Made by a program: the position numbers and the translations under genes. Shown here one piece after another: positions 36,701-46,753 of a stretch of DNA of 50,579 nucleotides. How positions within the stretch are numbered: position 1 is the stretch's first letter; every line of letters starts with the position of its first letter. The notes under the pieces are model-generated. The model ran no database searches. It was given only the letters and a program-made list of their open reading frames with translations, and was not told the origin of the DNA. This DNA comes from Acidilobaceae archaeon (GTDB taxonomy: Archaea > Thermoproteota > Thermoprotei_A > Sulfolobales > Acidilobaceae). The DNA lies in the NCBI GenBank assembly GCA_027034115.1, contig JALVJB010000197.1:1-50579 (forward strand), read 5' to 3'.

Positions 36701-37036
36701 ATGAAGAGCCGACCACCGTCAGGCGGAGCCGCCTCTAGCGGTAATGACGGCGAGGAACACTCGAGGAGATGCTATAATTGTGAATACTGGAGGCCACACG
36801 TCCACTATCCTTATATAGGCTACTGCGTGTTACACCAGAAGTTCACAATGGATACTGATACATGTGATAACTGGACTCCTTTAAAAATAAGAGAAGGGGA
36901 CTTCTACTGGTGTTCAACCTGCAAGACTAGAATAACAGGGGAGGAGGCCCGCAAGCTACTCGAAAAGGGCCATAGGGTGCATAGAGGCGCCTACGTTGAC
37001 CCGGACGTTAGGGAGGAGCTATATAGTGTGTTTTAA
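36701..37036 (+). CDS. hypothetical Cys/His-rich small protein (putative zinc-binding)
   Basis: The 111-aa product contains CYNCEYW...HVH...C...H...CDNW...CSTC. It lies immediately upstream of the 2-oxoacid oxidoreductase genes. Confidence 0.45.
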   Translation: MKSRPPSGGAASSGNDGEEHSRRCYNCEYWRPHVHYPYIGYCVLHQKFTMDTDTCDNWTPLKIREGDFYWCSTCKTRITGEEARKLLEKGHRVHRGAYVDPDVREELYSVF

Positions 37037-37061
37037 CCTATATGTGAGGTGAGTGGTGTAA

Positions 37062-38996
37062 ATGGGGAATAGCCCGGATCTACTATTGTTAATTGGAGGC
37101 CCTCAGGGTGGGGGCATCGAGTCGGCTGGGCAAATCGCCCTGAAAACCCTCATCCTAAAAGGCTACTCTGTCATCGGAACAAGAGACTATAAGAGCAACA
37201 TTATGGGAGCACATAGCTACTACACGATAAGGGCTAGATTCGACAGGCCGGGAGCCATAAGGTTCCCCGTAGATGCTGCGGTAGCACTGGATGCTGAGAG
37301 CATTCTAACGCACTTCAACGATGTTAAGCCAGGAGGTATTCTCGTCTATGATAAGGGCTCTCTGCACACAAAAATAGACGCTATCCAGCCAATGGAGCAG
37401 GCCCTTAAGGAGAGGCTCAAAAAACTATTCGCTGATAAAGGCCTCCCACCCATAGCGGAGTCCGCGATTAAACTAGCCGAGGAGAAGGGCGTACGCCTCA
37501 TCCCTCTCCCTATGAGGCAGCTGGTAAGAAAGCTGGCAGAGATAACAGGGGCCAGTCTAACCTCGGTTGCACGAGCTGTAAACACTATTGGCCTAACAGC
37601 GATGCTGTATCTTATGGGAATAGAGCCTAGGTGCGTTGAAAAAGCGATCGCTGCACACTTTGCCGCAAAGAAGAAGGTTGTGGCAATCAACGTAGAGGCT
37701 TCCAAGCTAGCTGTAGACTATGTTGAAGAGAACTTCGGGGCTCCTAGCGAGTTTCTCGCCGACGGTCCTCATAGAGGGAAGAAAGTGATGCTAGCCACTG
37801 GCAACGAAGTCGTAGCGATGGGTAAGATAACCGGTGGCTTAACGTTCCAAAGCTACTACCCAATAACCCCTGCAAGCGACGAAGCAATATACATGGAGAA
37901 GTTTAGGTACCATCAACTAACAAGCGAGGCAGAAGCAAAACTCGGGACGCCGAAGCTGGGAACCGTAATAGTTCAAACAGAAGACGAGCTCTCAGCAATC
38001 ATAATGGCCATCGGTGCGGCATCCGCCGGTGCAAGAGCGGCCACAAGCACGAGCGGCCCAGGCTTCGCCCTCATGAACGAGGCCATAAGCCTCGCAATAA
38101 TGGCTGAAGTTCCAGTGGTCATCACGATATGGCAGAGAGGAGGCCCTAGCACTGGCCTGCCCACGAAGGAAGGCCAGCAGGACCTCCTACACGCCCTCTT
38201 CTCAGGCCATGGGGACAATCCGAAAATAATCCTTGCAAGCGGAGACCATGTGGAGGCCTTCTATGACGCTATTAAACTCTTGAACTGGGCTGAAAAATAC
38301 CAGACACCGGCCATCCACCTTCTAGACAAGTACCTAGCAAGCACTACCACAGTCCTCTACCAGGACGAGATAGACCCCGGTAAAGCCGTTATCGAAAGAG
38401 GCTGGAGAATAGAGAACCCGACTACCGAGAAGAGGTACATGATAACAGAGACCGGCATCAGCCCCTTCATCCCAATAGGAGGAGACACAATGATCATAAC
38501 AGGGCTGGAGCATACCGAGGAAGGCTTCCCAACGGAGGACCCCGTACTTAGGGACGAGATGGTCGAGAAGAGGAGGAGGAAATTCGAGACAATAGCGAGG
38601 GAAATACCGGCGGAGGAAAAAGTAGTACTGCACGGAGATCCCGACGCTAAAGTGACCCTCGTCTCTTGGGGCTCTACAAAACCAATAATACTAGAATCAT
38701 TAAAGATACTAGAAGAGAAGGGAGTCAAGGCTAACTTCCTCCAGATACGCCTCTTCTACCCCTTCCCTGTTAAGGAAGTGCTAGACGTGTTGTCGAGAGC
38801 CGAAACCGTGATCAATATCGAGCAGAACGACTTACTCCAAGCAGCATTCCTAATCAGGGGGTTCACAGGCTACAATATTAAACATCACATCAAGAAGACT
38901 AACGGCCGAGCCTTCTGGGACACCGAAATAGCCAATGCAGTTTTAGAGATTCTTGAAACCGGGAAGAGAGAGGTGGTGGTGAAGGGTGGCGCGTAA
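37062..38996 (+). CDS. 2-oxoacid:ferredoxin oxidoreductase alpha subunit (fused gamma-alpha type)
   Basis: The 644-aa product has an N-terminal gamma-like domain (LLLIGGPQGGGIESAGQ) followed by an alpha domain (YYPITPASDE, TSGPGFALMNEAISLA). This architecture matches the two-subunit OFORs of Sulfolobus and Aeropyrum. Confidence 0.9.
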   Translation: MGNSPDLLLLIGGPQGGGIESAGQIALKTLILKGYSVIGTRDYKSNIMGAHSYYTIRARFDRPGAIRFPVDAAVALDAESILTHFNDVKPGGILVYDKGSLHTKIDAIQPMEQALKERLKKLFADKGLPPIAESAIKLAEEKGVRLIPLPMRQLVRKLAEITGASLTSVARAVNTIGLTAMLYLMGIEPRCVEKAIAAHFAAKKKVVAINVEASKLAVDYVEENFGAPSEFLADGPHRGKKVMLATGNEVVAMGKITGGLTFQSYYPITPASDEAIYMEKFRYHQLTSEAEAKLGTPKLGTVIVQTEDELSAIIMAIGAASAGARAATSTSGPGFALMNEAISLAIMAEVPVVITIWQRGGPSTGLPTKEGQQDLLHALFSGHGDNPKIILASGDHVEAFYDAIKLLNWAEKYQTPAIHLLDKYLASTTTVLYQDEIDPGKAVIERGWRIENPTTEKRYMITETGISPFIPIGGDTMIITGLEHTEEGFPTEDPVLRDEMVEKRRRKFETIAREIPAEEKVVLHGDPDAKVTLVSWGSTKPIILESLKILEEKGVKANFLQIRLFYPFPVKEVLDVLSRAETVINIEQNDLLQAAFLIRGFTGYNIKHHIKKTNGRAFWDTEIANAVLEILETGKREVVVKGGA

Positions 38997-39918
38997 CTGG
39001 CTCGAATACAAGACCCCGGCCTGGGTACAGTGGTGCCCTGGCTGCGGCAACTACGGCATACTCGCCGCAGTACAGCGAGCAGTAGCAGAGCTCGACATTG
39101 ACCCTAAAAAGCTAACAGTAATCTCTGGCATAGGATGCTCAGGCAGAGAAACCTATTACATCAAAGGCTCGAATATGCACGTTGTCCATGGAAGAGCTAT
39201 ACCAGCCGCGACTGGCGTGAAGCTAGCGAGACCGGACCAGACAGTACTAGCCATTGGTGGAGACGGTGACATGCTTGGAATCGGAGTCGAGCACTTCGTA
39301 TCCGTGGGCAGGAGAAACGTTAACATAACAGTGATAGTACACGACAACTCCGTCTACGGCCTAACCAAGGGGCAAGCCGGGCCAACCCTGCCAGCATGGG
39401 TTCAAACAAAAGCCCTACCAGGACCCAACCTCCACGACAACCTAAACCCCCTGCTACTCGCCTTCGCTAGCGGGTACACGTTCATAGCCAGAGGATATGC
39501 CTACCACGTAGACCAGACCAAAGAGTTGATAAAACAAGCAATAGAGCATAAAGGAACAAGCCTAGTCCACATACTACAGCCATGCCCGACATACAACAAT
39601 ATAATGACAAAGCAGTGGTACGAGCAGAGGATCTACTACCTCCAAGAAGAAAACCCGGAATGGAACCCTCTTGTGACAAGCCAGCAGGACCTCTTACAGA
39701 AAATGCCGACAATACTAGAGAAGCTAGTTGAATGGGGTGATAGAATACCGCTAGGCGTATTCTACAGAAACATATCCAAGGACACCTTCGAGGAGCGCCT
39801 CGGAAAAATAATACTAAACTACCAGGAATACCCGCCTGGTAAGCGGCCGATAGCAATAGATGGTAAGCCCCTGGTCAACCCCTGGGAGGTCTTCAAGGAG
39901 AAAGTCATGCAAACCTAG
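38986..39918 (+). CDS. 2-oxoacid:ferredoxin oxidoreductase beta subunit (TPP-binding)
   Basis: The motifs WCPGCGNYG, GIGCSG and GGDGDMLGIG (TPP and 4Fe-4S) are present. It overlaps the alpha-subunit gene by 11 nt. Confidence 0.9.
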   Translation: MARNWLEYKTPAWVQWCPGCGNYGILAAVQRAVAELDIDPKKLTVISGIGCSGRETYYIKGSNMHVVHGRAIPAATGVKLARPDQTVLAIGGDGDMLGIGVEHFVSVGRRNVNITVIVHDNSVYGLTKGQAGPTLPAWVQTKALPGPNLHDNLNPLLLAFASGYTFIARGYAYHVDQTKELIKQAIEHKGTSLVHILQPCPTYNNIMTKQWYEQRIYYLQEENPEWNPLVTSQQDLLQKMPTILEKLVEWGDRIPLGVFYRNISKDTFEERLGKIILNYQEYPPGKRPIAIDGKPLVNPWEVFKEKVMQT

Positions 39919-39948
39919 CTTTCCCATTTTATTTTCCCCGTTAGAGAT

Positions 39949-40527
39949 ATGCCTAGGAAAAAACTAAGCGACTACATAGGCTCAGAGCCCCGTGCTAGGT
40001 GCCTGACAGAACAAGAAGTAAAGGTGATCGTTGAAAAGACAGTTGCGCAATTTTTACCGGGAATAATAGATAAAATAAATGAATTGTCGCGAGAGATTGC
40101 ATCTCTGAGAAGCGAGTTACAAGATCTCAGGAAAGAGTGCTTACAACAAGCGAGCAGAGCAGGACGCTCTCTATCGTATAGAGAGAGGAAGAAGGGAAGT
40201 TTATTTGATAAAATAAAGATAATATTAAGTGAAAATGGATATGTTTTCGCCAGTCAGTTGGCGAGAGAGCTACGCATATCTCCAGCGAGAATACTAGACG
40301 TCGCAAGGGAACTCGACTACATACTAATAGACCTAGGTGGAGACTACGCAATAATAGATCCATATTCATTAGAGGAATTCAGCCAAATGCTATCTAGTAT
40401 ATCCTCGCCAGACCCCTTAGAAGCCTCCCGTCAATTAGGGAAGTACGCTACCCTATTCGAAAAGCTTAGAAGCGAATCCCTAGTGTTCTATGACGGGAGA
40501 GCTAAGAAATGGAGGATAATACGGTGA
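39949..40527 (+). CDS. hypothetical protein: coiled coil plus a probable winged-helix domain
   Basis: A 192-aa ORF. ELSREIASLRSELQDLRKE is coiled coil, and YVFASQLARELRISPARILDVAREL is HTH-like. Confidence 0.45.
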   Translation: MPRKKLSDYIGSEPRARCLTEQEVKVIVEKTVAQFLPGIIDKINELSREIASLRSELQDLRKECLQQASRAGRSLSYRERKKGSLFDKIKIILSENGYVFASQLARELRISPARILDVARELDYILIDLGGDYAIIDPYSLEEFSQMLSSISSPDPLEASRQLGKYATLFEKLRSESLVFYDGRAKKWRIIR

Positions 40528-40838
40528 AAAACGAATTTATCGCATACAAGGCTAAAGCCGGTGATTTAATCCTAGTATACATAGCCGATAGGGAAGTGCT
40601 AGGCCGCTGTGAAGAGGACACTACGAGGGGAATCATATTAAAAGTCCCAGAATTTATGGGGAAAGGTCATCCTCTAAGCAGGGGTGATGCTATGAGGGAA
40701 ATGCTAAGAAACCCTATTATCATCCTCTACGGAGAGAAAGTGGTAGAACTTGCCGTCGAACTTGGCCTAGTAGATCCGCAGAGCATACTAGATGTAAATG
40801 GCTTAAAGCATGTTCAAATATTCAAGTTTACATATTAG
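40509..40838 (+). CDS. DUF424-like small protein
   Basis: The 109-aa product has the pattern LILVYIADREVLGRC...LYGEKVVELAVELGLVDPQSILDVNGLKHVQIF, which resembles archaeal DUF424 members. This is from memory only. Confidence 0.45.
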   Translation: MEDNTVKNEFIAYKAKAGDLILVYIADREVLGRCEEDTTRGIILKVPEFMGKGHPLSRGDAMREMLRNPIIILYGEKVVELAVELGLVDPQSILDVNGLKHVQIFKFTY

Positions 40839-40928
40839 GTAAATAAGTGCTAGAAGAACCCTAGTATAGTCGAGACTATTACACAGCCTATTGAGAGGCT
40901 CCCCTATTAGTTGTAATGCCGGACAACG

Positions 40929-41738
40929 GTGATTGTTATGGGAGACATTGTAGTACTAGTAAAACCAGCCCTCAACCCAGACATGGTAAGGGCTAAGCCC
41001 GACGGCGCAGTCGATCTAGATGCTATTCCATTAAAGCTGGACGATATAGATGCAAACGCTCTCTTTGAAGCGCAAAAACTAAAGAAAACCCTTGGCGGGA
41101 AAATAGCCGCCCTCTTAATACTAACATGGGGTCCAGTTGCTAGGAGGCAAAAAGACCTGAGAATGGTTGCCCAGGAAGCACTTGCCCGGGGAGCAGACGA
41201 GGCCCATATCGTGGCCGACGATGAAATTATACCTGGGGATCCCGTGACAACGGCTTCAGCAGTAGTGGCAACGATCAAGAAAGCAGGCCTCAACCCAGAC
41301 CTAATACTTGTAGCCGAGGCATCCATAGACCAGACTACAGGCCAGGTAGCGGGAAGAGTAGCGGCGAAACTCGGCTATCCCTACATAAGCTTCGCTAGGA
41401 AACTGGAGGTCAGCGATGGTAAGGTCATCGCTGAGAGGGACCTTGAGGAACACATAGAAGTTGTTGAAGCACCGCTCCCCGCTGTAGTCAGTGTAACCCA
41501 AGAGATCAACGAGCCCAGACCCCCAACGCTAATTCAAATTAGAAGAGCTGGTAAGAAGCCGCAGAACTACTATAAGATCTCCGATTTAGGAGATGTAAAG
41601 AAACCGGTCAAAGAGATACTAGAGCAAAGGATACTCACAGTCGCTAGGAAACAAATTATCATTGAGGGAGACACGCTTGAGGAAATTGCTGAGAAGCTAA
41701 TAGAAGCCCTCGAAAAAGAGGGTGTCCTGAAGATCTAG
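40929..41738 (+). CDS. etfB: electron transfer flavoprotein beta subunit
   Basis: The sequence is EtfB-like (VVLVKPALNPD..., ALFEAQKLK, DLILVAEASIDQTTGQVAGRVAAKLGYPYISFA). The likely start is ATG 40938. Confidence 0.85.
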   Translation: MIVMGDIVVLVKPALNPDMVRAKPDGAVDLDAIPLKLDDIDANALFEAQKLKKTLGGKIAALLILTWGPVARRQKDLRMVAQEALARGADEAHIVADDEIIPGDPVTTASAVVATIKKAGLNPDLILVAEASIDQTTGQVAGRVAAKLGYPYISFARKLEVSDGKVIAERDLEEHIEVVEAPLPAVVSVTQEINEPRPPTLIQIRRAGKKPQNYYKISDLGDVKKPVKEILEQRILTVARKQIIIEGDTLEEIAEKLIEALEKEGVLKI

Positions 41739-41750
41739 AGGTGGTGAGCA

Positions 41751-42665
41751 ATGGCGGGAGCTCTAATTGTGGGTTCTAGTATTCAGGAGATCCGAGAGGC
41801 CCTTGGAGCCGTCTCTTCCTTAGAAGGAGAGAAGGTAGTGCTAGCCTATGGAAAGGCCGCTGAAAATGAGGCGCTATCGAAGCTAGGAGTTAAAGTTTAC
41901 AAGCTGAATAGCAGTCATCCAGATCACATAGTGAAAGCGGTAGAGCAACTATTCGAGAAGTTCAAGCCGTCTATAATAATAGGCTGGATAACTAAGAACA
42001 ATAGAGCAGCCCTATCTTACTTCGCAGGCCTCCACGATATCCCCATGGCTACCGATGTAACAGAGCTAGGGATTGAAGGCGACCATGTAGTATACAAGAG
42101 GGGTTTCCTTAGCGAGAGAGCTATAGCAAGGGAAAAGATACCGACGCCAGCAGTGGTCCTGATAAACCAGAAAGTCTTCGCTCCAGTAGAGGCTGAAGCT
42201 TCAGCGCAAGTCGAAGAAATACACGTTGAAGAGGAGAAGGTAGTTTTAAAAGAAGTAAAACCCAAGATGCTCAGCGGTATTAACCTTGAAGATGCTGAAA
42301 TAATAGTTGGAGTCGGGAGAGGTTTCAAGAAGAAGGAAGACCTCCAACTAGCCTTCAAGCTCGCGGAACTACTTGGAGCCCAGGTTGGAGCGTCGAGGCC
42401 AATAGCAGCAGATTACAAGTGGCTACCAGAGGACGCATGGATAGGTATCAGTGGTAAGAGAGTCGCACCAAAACTCTACATCGCCATAGGTATCAGTGGT
42501 GCCCCGCAGCACATGGCCGGAGTCATGAACTCAAAGATCATAGTAGCGATTAACAAGGATAAGTCGGCTCCAATATTCAAGCAAGCAGACTACGGAGTAG
42601 TAGCTGACCTCTACCAATTCCTACCAGTACTGATTAAGAAGCTAGAGGAGAGGAAAAAGAAGTAG
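41751..42665 (+). CDS. etfA: electron transfer flavoprotein alpha subunit
   Basis: The C-terminal FAD-binding signature reads PKLYIAIGISGAPQHMAGVMNSKIIVAINKDKSAPIF...ADYGVVADL. Confidence 0.85.
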   Translation: MAGALIVGSSIQEIREALGAVSSLEGEKVVLAYGKAAENEALSKLGVKVYKLNSSHPDHIVKAVEQLFEKFKPSIIIGWITKNNRAALSYFAGLHDIPMATDVTELGIEGDHVVYKRGFLSERAIAREKIPTPAVVLINQKVFAPVEAEASAQVEEIHVEEEKVVLKEVKPKMLSGINLEDAEIIVGVGRGFKKKEDLQLAFKLAELLGAQVGASRPIAADYKWLPEDAWIGISGKRVAPKLYIAIGISGAPQHMAGVMNSKIIVAINKDKSAPIFKQADYGVVADLYQFLPVLIKKLEERKKK

Positions 42666-42734
42666 TGAGTATTAACTAACACAGCTAACCCACTCTTTTT
42701 CCCCAAACGATAGAGTCCTCTCCGGTAGTACAGC

Positions 42735-43844
42735 ATGGAGGCGGTTGGCTGCGAGTTCATACCGGGATTATTAGCGTCTCTCGTAACAATACTCCTACTA
42801 GTTCTATTCCTACCCTTCAAATCGAAGAAAGTTGAAGAGAACCTCGAACCGTTCTTTCTGCTAATGGGTCTTATAGGCGTGTCAGTAAACTACTACTATC
42901 ACGTGATCTCGTCACAGGAGATAATCGAATTAGCCAAGAAGGCTTCGATAACGCCAGTATCTATTTCTGGCACTCCTATTGGCATCACGCAGGTAGTATT
43001 CATCTTCGGTCTAATATTCTACTATTATCATAGGAAAATATATAATGGAATCAACTGGATGATCCGCAAACTCGGATTCTACACCTTCGTCCTAGTATTC
43101 GTGATCATCTTCGGCTTAATATCGAGCCTAATATCTGTAATAGTAACAGCCGTTATTCTCGCAGAAATAGCCGCCGCCCTCAAAATAGAGCGCAAATATA
43201 AGATAGAATTCGTAGTTCTAGCATCATTCTCAGTAGGCCTTGGTGCAGCACTCACCCCTGTGGGAGAGCCTCTATCAACAATAGCGATATCAAAGCTAAA
43301 TGAGAGCTTCGACTTCCTACTCCGGATACTAGGCGTTTACGTAGTAGCTGGTATCCTAGCAATCGGCGTCTATACCGTGTATAGATTGAAGAAGAGTGGC
43401 GCCAAGGTCTATGGAGTCGAGGCAACTTACGGAGAGACGCTCAGGGGCGTAGTCGAAAGAACTATCAGGGTGTATATTTTCGTGGCGGCACTAGAACTAT
43501 TAGGCCACAGCTTCTCATACCTGGCAGTATGCTACTTCAACAAGCTACCTCCATGGGCTCTATACTGGCTCAACACCATAAGCGCAGTAGTCGATAACGC
43601 TACACTAACAGCTGCCGAGATTAACAAGGCCATGACGATTGAGCAGATAAGAAGCGCACTAATGGGCCTGCTAATCTCTGGCGGCATGCTAATCCCCGGC
43701 AACATCCCCAATATAGTCGCCGCGGGCAGACTAAAGATTACAAGCAAGGAATGGGCCAGAGTAGGGGTTCCCTTCGGCCTAGCGCTACTCATCGTCTACT
43801 TCATAATACTAGAAGTACTAAAGATACACATCTCAATATACTAG
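42735..43844 (+). CDS. polytopic membrane protein, DUF1646-like (predicted cation transporter)
   Basis: About 10 TM helices in 369 aa. The N-terminal LVLFLPFKSKKVEENLEPFFLLMG resembles DUF1646. This is from memory only. Confidence 0.5.
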   Translation: MEAVGCEFIPGLLASLVTILLLVLFLPFKSKKVEENLEPFFLLMGLIGVSVNYYYHVISSQEIIELAKKASITPVSISGTPIGITQVVFIFGLIFYYYHRKIYNGINWMIRKLGFYTFVLVFVIIFGLISSLISVIVTAVILAEIAAALKIERKYKIEFVVLASFSVGLGAALTPVGEPLSTIAISKLNESFDFLLRILGVYVVAGILAIGVYTVYRLKKSGAKVYGVEATYGETLRGVVERTIRVYIFVAALELLGHSFSYLAVCYFNKLPPWALYWLNTISAVVDNATLTAAEINKAMTIEQIRSALMGLLISGGMLIPGNIPNIVAAGRLKITSKEWARVGVPFGLALLIVYFIILEVLKIHISIY

Positions 43845-43861
43845 AAATGGGGGCGTGAACG

Positions 43862-44743
43862 GTGAAACCTCTGGAAAGGATCCTCGTTCCCGTCGATCTC
43901 TCGCCGGTAAGCGAGGAGCTAGTAAGACTAGCAGGGAGGCTCGCCCTCCGATACGGCAGCGAACTCGTGCTCTTCCACGCAATTGATAACTTAATAGTAG
44001 AGCATGTCGCAGCTGGCTTCAACCCAGACAAGGTGATAATGGACCTGGAACAAAGGGCTAAAGCAAAACTCGAGGAACTAAAGAAAATACTAGATGACAT
44101 GAACGTCCCAGCTACTATCTACGATGAAATACCAGTTGACGACCCGGCTATCGCAATTAACAACGCCGCCGTTAAGGCTGGTGCAACTGAGATAATCATA
44201 GCGAAAAGAGGGTGGAGGTTACGCAGGTTTTCACTCGTAGGCTCAACTACTAAGGAACTCGTAAAGATAGCTAGAGTACCAGTGATCGTCTACCACTCGT
44301 ACTATGATCGAGAGTCGAAGAAGCCAGCGATAGTAGGCGACGAGAATATAACTGACAAGCTACTTGTCACCGTAGATAAGAATACCACGAGGGAGTTAAT
44401 CGAGTACTCAGTAAACCTAGCTTTTTACTATGAAAGCGAGGAAATCTATGTACTACATGTTATGGAGGAGGGTGAGAGCGATGAAAAATATAATAAAATA
44501 TTAGAAGATATTATTAATAGTTTCAAGAGTAGAGTGCCAGGTAAGGTTAGGAGAATCCTGTTAAAAGGAGGAAAAATAGGTAAAATAATAGTTAAAATGG
44601 CTGAATCACTTGAGACCACGATAATCGCCGGGCGGACTCTAGTAAGGAGCCCTCTCGAATACATACTGGGTACAACCCTAGATCATATAATAAAACTCTC
44701 AACTAGACCAGTAATTGTATATCCCATACATAGCCCAGAGTAA
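43862..44743 (+). CDS. tandem universal stress protein (two Usp domains)
   Basis: It has two Usp-like halves (ILVPVDLSPVSEE... and LLVTVDKNTTRE...), each ending in a G-x-x-x...LG(S/T)T...PV(I/L)V(Y/V) pattern. Confidence 0.8.
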   Translation: MKPLERILVPVDLSPVSEELVRLAGRLALRYGSELVLFHAIDNLIVEHVAAGFNPDKVIMDLEQRAKAKLEELKKILDDMNVPATIYDEIPVDDPAIAINNAAVKAGATEIIIAKRGWRLRRFSLVGSTTKELVKIARVPVIVYHSYYDRESKKPAIVGDENITDKLLVTVDKNTTRELIEYSVNLAFYYESEEIYVLHVMEEGESDEKYNKILEDIINSFKSRVPGKVRRILLKGGKIGKIIVKMAESLETTIIAGRTLVRSPLEYILGTTLDHIIKLSTRPVIVYPIHSPE

Positions 44744-44755
44744 CCCAGGGGGCCG

Positions 44756-45043
44756 ATGACTGGAATATTGCGAGAGAGGGACCGAGAGACTAGTGACGAC
44801 GGGTGCAAGCAAGGAGGCCTAATCAGGGAACTAATAGAAGCAATAATATATAATACATATAAATATTTTGATAAAAAGGGAACGTTGAATAGTGATGGGC
44901 GGAAGGCAGTCGCGAGGATTCTTAAAATGAGTAAAAACGACAGGCAAAGACAATACTTGAAGAGAGTACTAAGAATGCCGACCTATGAAGAACTGTTAAA
45001 AGTATATAATATTTTATTTGAAGAATGTATTTATGGGGATTGA
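44756..45043 (+). CDS. hypothetical small protein
   Basis: A 95-aa ORF in a low-GC stretch, overlapping the start of the permease gene. I recognise no motif. Confidence 0.3.
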   Translation: MTGILRERDRETSDDGCKQGGLIRELIEAIIYNTYKYFDKKGTLNSDGRKAVARILKMSKNDRQRQYLKRVLRMPTYEELLKVYNILFEECIYGD

Positions 45044-46011
45044 TTATGAGAAAGACGATATATTCCATAATATTAATTATTATTTTTTTATTACTTTTTA
45101 TTATTTCATTGAGCATTGGGGCTGTGCGAGCAATCACATTATCAACACTAATCCACGCCCTCGAGACTGGTAGGGTAACAGGAGTTATACGATACAGGTT
45201 GGTCAGGTCCTTGGCATCTATTATACTAGGCGCCGGGCTAGGGCTATCCGGGTTAACTATGCAGTACGCCCTTAGAAACCCTCTAAGCGACCCCTATCTT
45301 CTAGGCGTCTCCGCTGGGGCATCTCTAGGCATATTGCTTGCAGTTATTTATGGGAGCTCATATTCTCCGGCGCTGATCTATGGCGTAGCATTGTTCTCGG
45401 GTATAGTTACATTCCTCGCTGTCGTAGCGATAGGGGCTGGAGCTGGGGGGTCTCCTTCAGCGCTTATAGTATCTGGGGTGTCTGTTAGTTATGCGCTCTC
45501 CGGGGTTTCAATAATGCTCTTTATTAAAAATATAAATAAAATTAATATGACATTTATATGGTTGTTTGGGACAATCGCTTATGTTATCCCGATTTACTTG
45601 ATTTATAGTTCATTAATATTATTTATTATTATTATTATATTAATATTTAATTCAAGTAGAATATATTCCCTAATATTGGGAGATGACGTCAGCGAGTCAA
45701 TGGGGGTCGATGTGAAGAAGACCCGGTACATAGCTCTCCTATCATCGGGGGCAGTAGCGTCAGCAATGGTCGCTTTAGCGGGTCCAGTGGGCTTCATAGG
45801 TCTCGCCGCGCCATGGATAGCTAGACTGATGTATGGAAGCAAGTACACCACCGTGCTTGCTTCAAGCATGGTGATTGGGGCGATACTAGCCCAGATCTCT
45901 GATATAATGGTTCGAATCATAGGTGGTGCCCAGGAAATACCGTTAACCGCTTTCACCGCACTCTTCGGGGGACCCCTACTCTTCTACCTGACGAGGAAAA
46001 CAGGGTGGTAG
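45025..46011 (+). CDS. ABC importer permease, FecCD/BtuC family
   Basis: About nine to ten TM helices. FecCD-like segments include RLVRSLASIILGAGLGLSGLTMQYALRNPLSDPYLLGVSAGASLG and GFIGLAAPWIARL. Confidence 0.85.
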   Translation: MYLWGLIMRKTIYSIILIIIFLLLFIISLSIGAVRAITLSTLIHALETGRVTGVIRYRLVRSLASIILGAGLGLSGLTMQYALRNPLSDPYLLGVSAGASLGILLAVIYGSSYSPALIYGVALFSGIVTFLAVVAIGAGAGGSPSALIVSGVSVSYALSGVSIMLFIKNINKINMTFIWLFGTIAYVIPIYLIYSSLILFIIIIILIFNSSRIYSLILGDDVSESMGVDVKKTRYIALLSSGAVASAMVALAGPVGFIGLAAPWIARLMYGSKYTTVLASSMVIGAILAQISDIMVRIIGGAQEIPLTAFTALFGGPLLFYLTRKTGW

Positions 46012-46742
46012 ACGGAATGAACTGTGTATTGGAGGGCGAGAATGTTAGCGTTAAAGCTAATGGTAGAGTAATACTTGACAATGTCTCCTTCGCTTTCGGC
46101 CCCGGGCTTAACGCGGTAGTCGGCCCTAACGGTGCCGGCAAGAGCACCCTATTGAAGGTAATAGCAGGCCTCGCAGACTACACGGGTGAAATAAGGTTTT
46201 GTGGTTCGAGAATAGAAAGTCTCCGGGGTAGTGTGTCATATATGCCGGCGACCCCGGTAGTAGACCCGCTTGCAACGGTTCGAGACGTTCTAGAGGCAGG
46301 CCTCTATGGTACTAGTCAGAGCGTAGAGGGAGCGTTAGGGGTCCTCAAAGAATTCCTGCCTCCAGAGTATTCTAGTAGAAGGTTCCTAACACTCAGTAGT
46401 GGTGAGCAGAGGCTAGTATGCATTACAAGAGCTCTGGCTAGGAACTCTAGGGTAGTACTATTAGACGAACCTCTCTCTTTTCTCGATGTTAAGAACCAAG
46501 TAAAAATATTAAATTATATTAAAAAATATACTAAAAAGTTCAACACTATAGTGCTCGCCGCAATCCATGAAATACACTACTTACACGCATTTCAAAGAAT
46601 TATGCTACTAGACAGGGGAGTAACATATTTCCAAGGCACTACAAATGATTTAAAACGCGAATTAATAGAAAGAGTCTATGGTTTAAAAATACTCGAAGTA
46701 AATGAGAATGGATATCGTGGTTTTATTCCAATAATAAGTTAA
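46005..46742 (+). CDS. ABC importer ATP-binding protein (FepC/BtuD-like)
   Basis: Walker A GPNGAGKST, signature LSSGEQRL and Walker B VVLLDEPLSFLD. It overlaps the permease gene by 7 nt. Confidence 0.85.
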   Translation: MVDGMNCVLEGENVSVKANGRVILDNVSFAFGPGLNAVVGPNGAGKSTLLKVIAGLADYTGEIRFCGSRIESLRGSVSYMPATPVVDPLATVRDVLEAGLYGTSQSVEGALGVLKEFLPPEYSSRRFLTLSSGEQRLVCITRALARNSRVVLLDEPLSFLDVKNQVKILNYIKKYTKKFNTIVLAAIHEIHYLHAFQRIMLLDRGVTYFQGTTNDLKRELIERVYGLKILEVNENGYRGFIPIIS

Positions 46743-46753
46743 TATTAGAGAAT

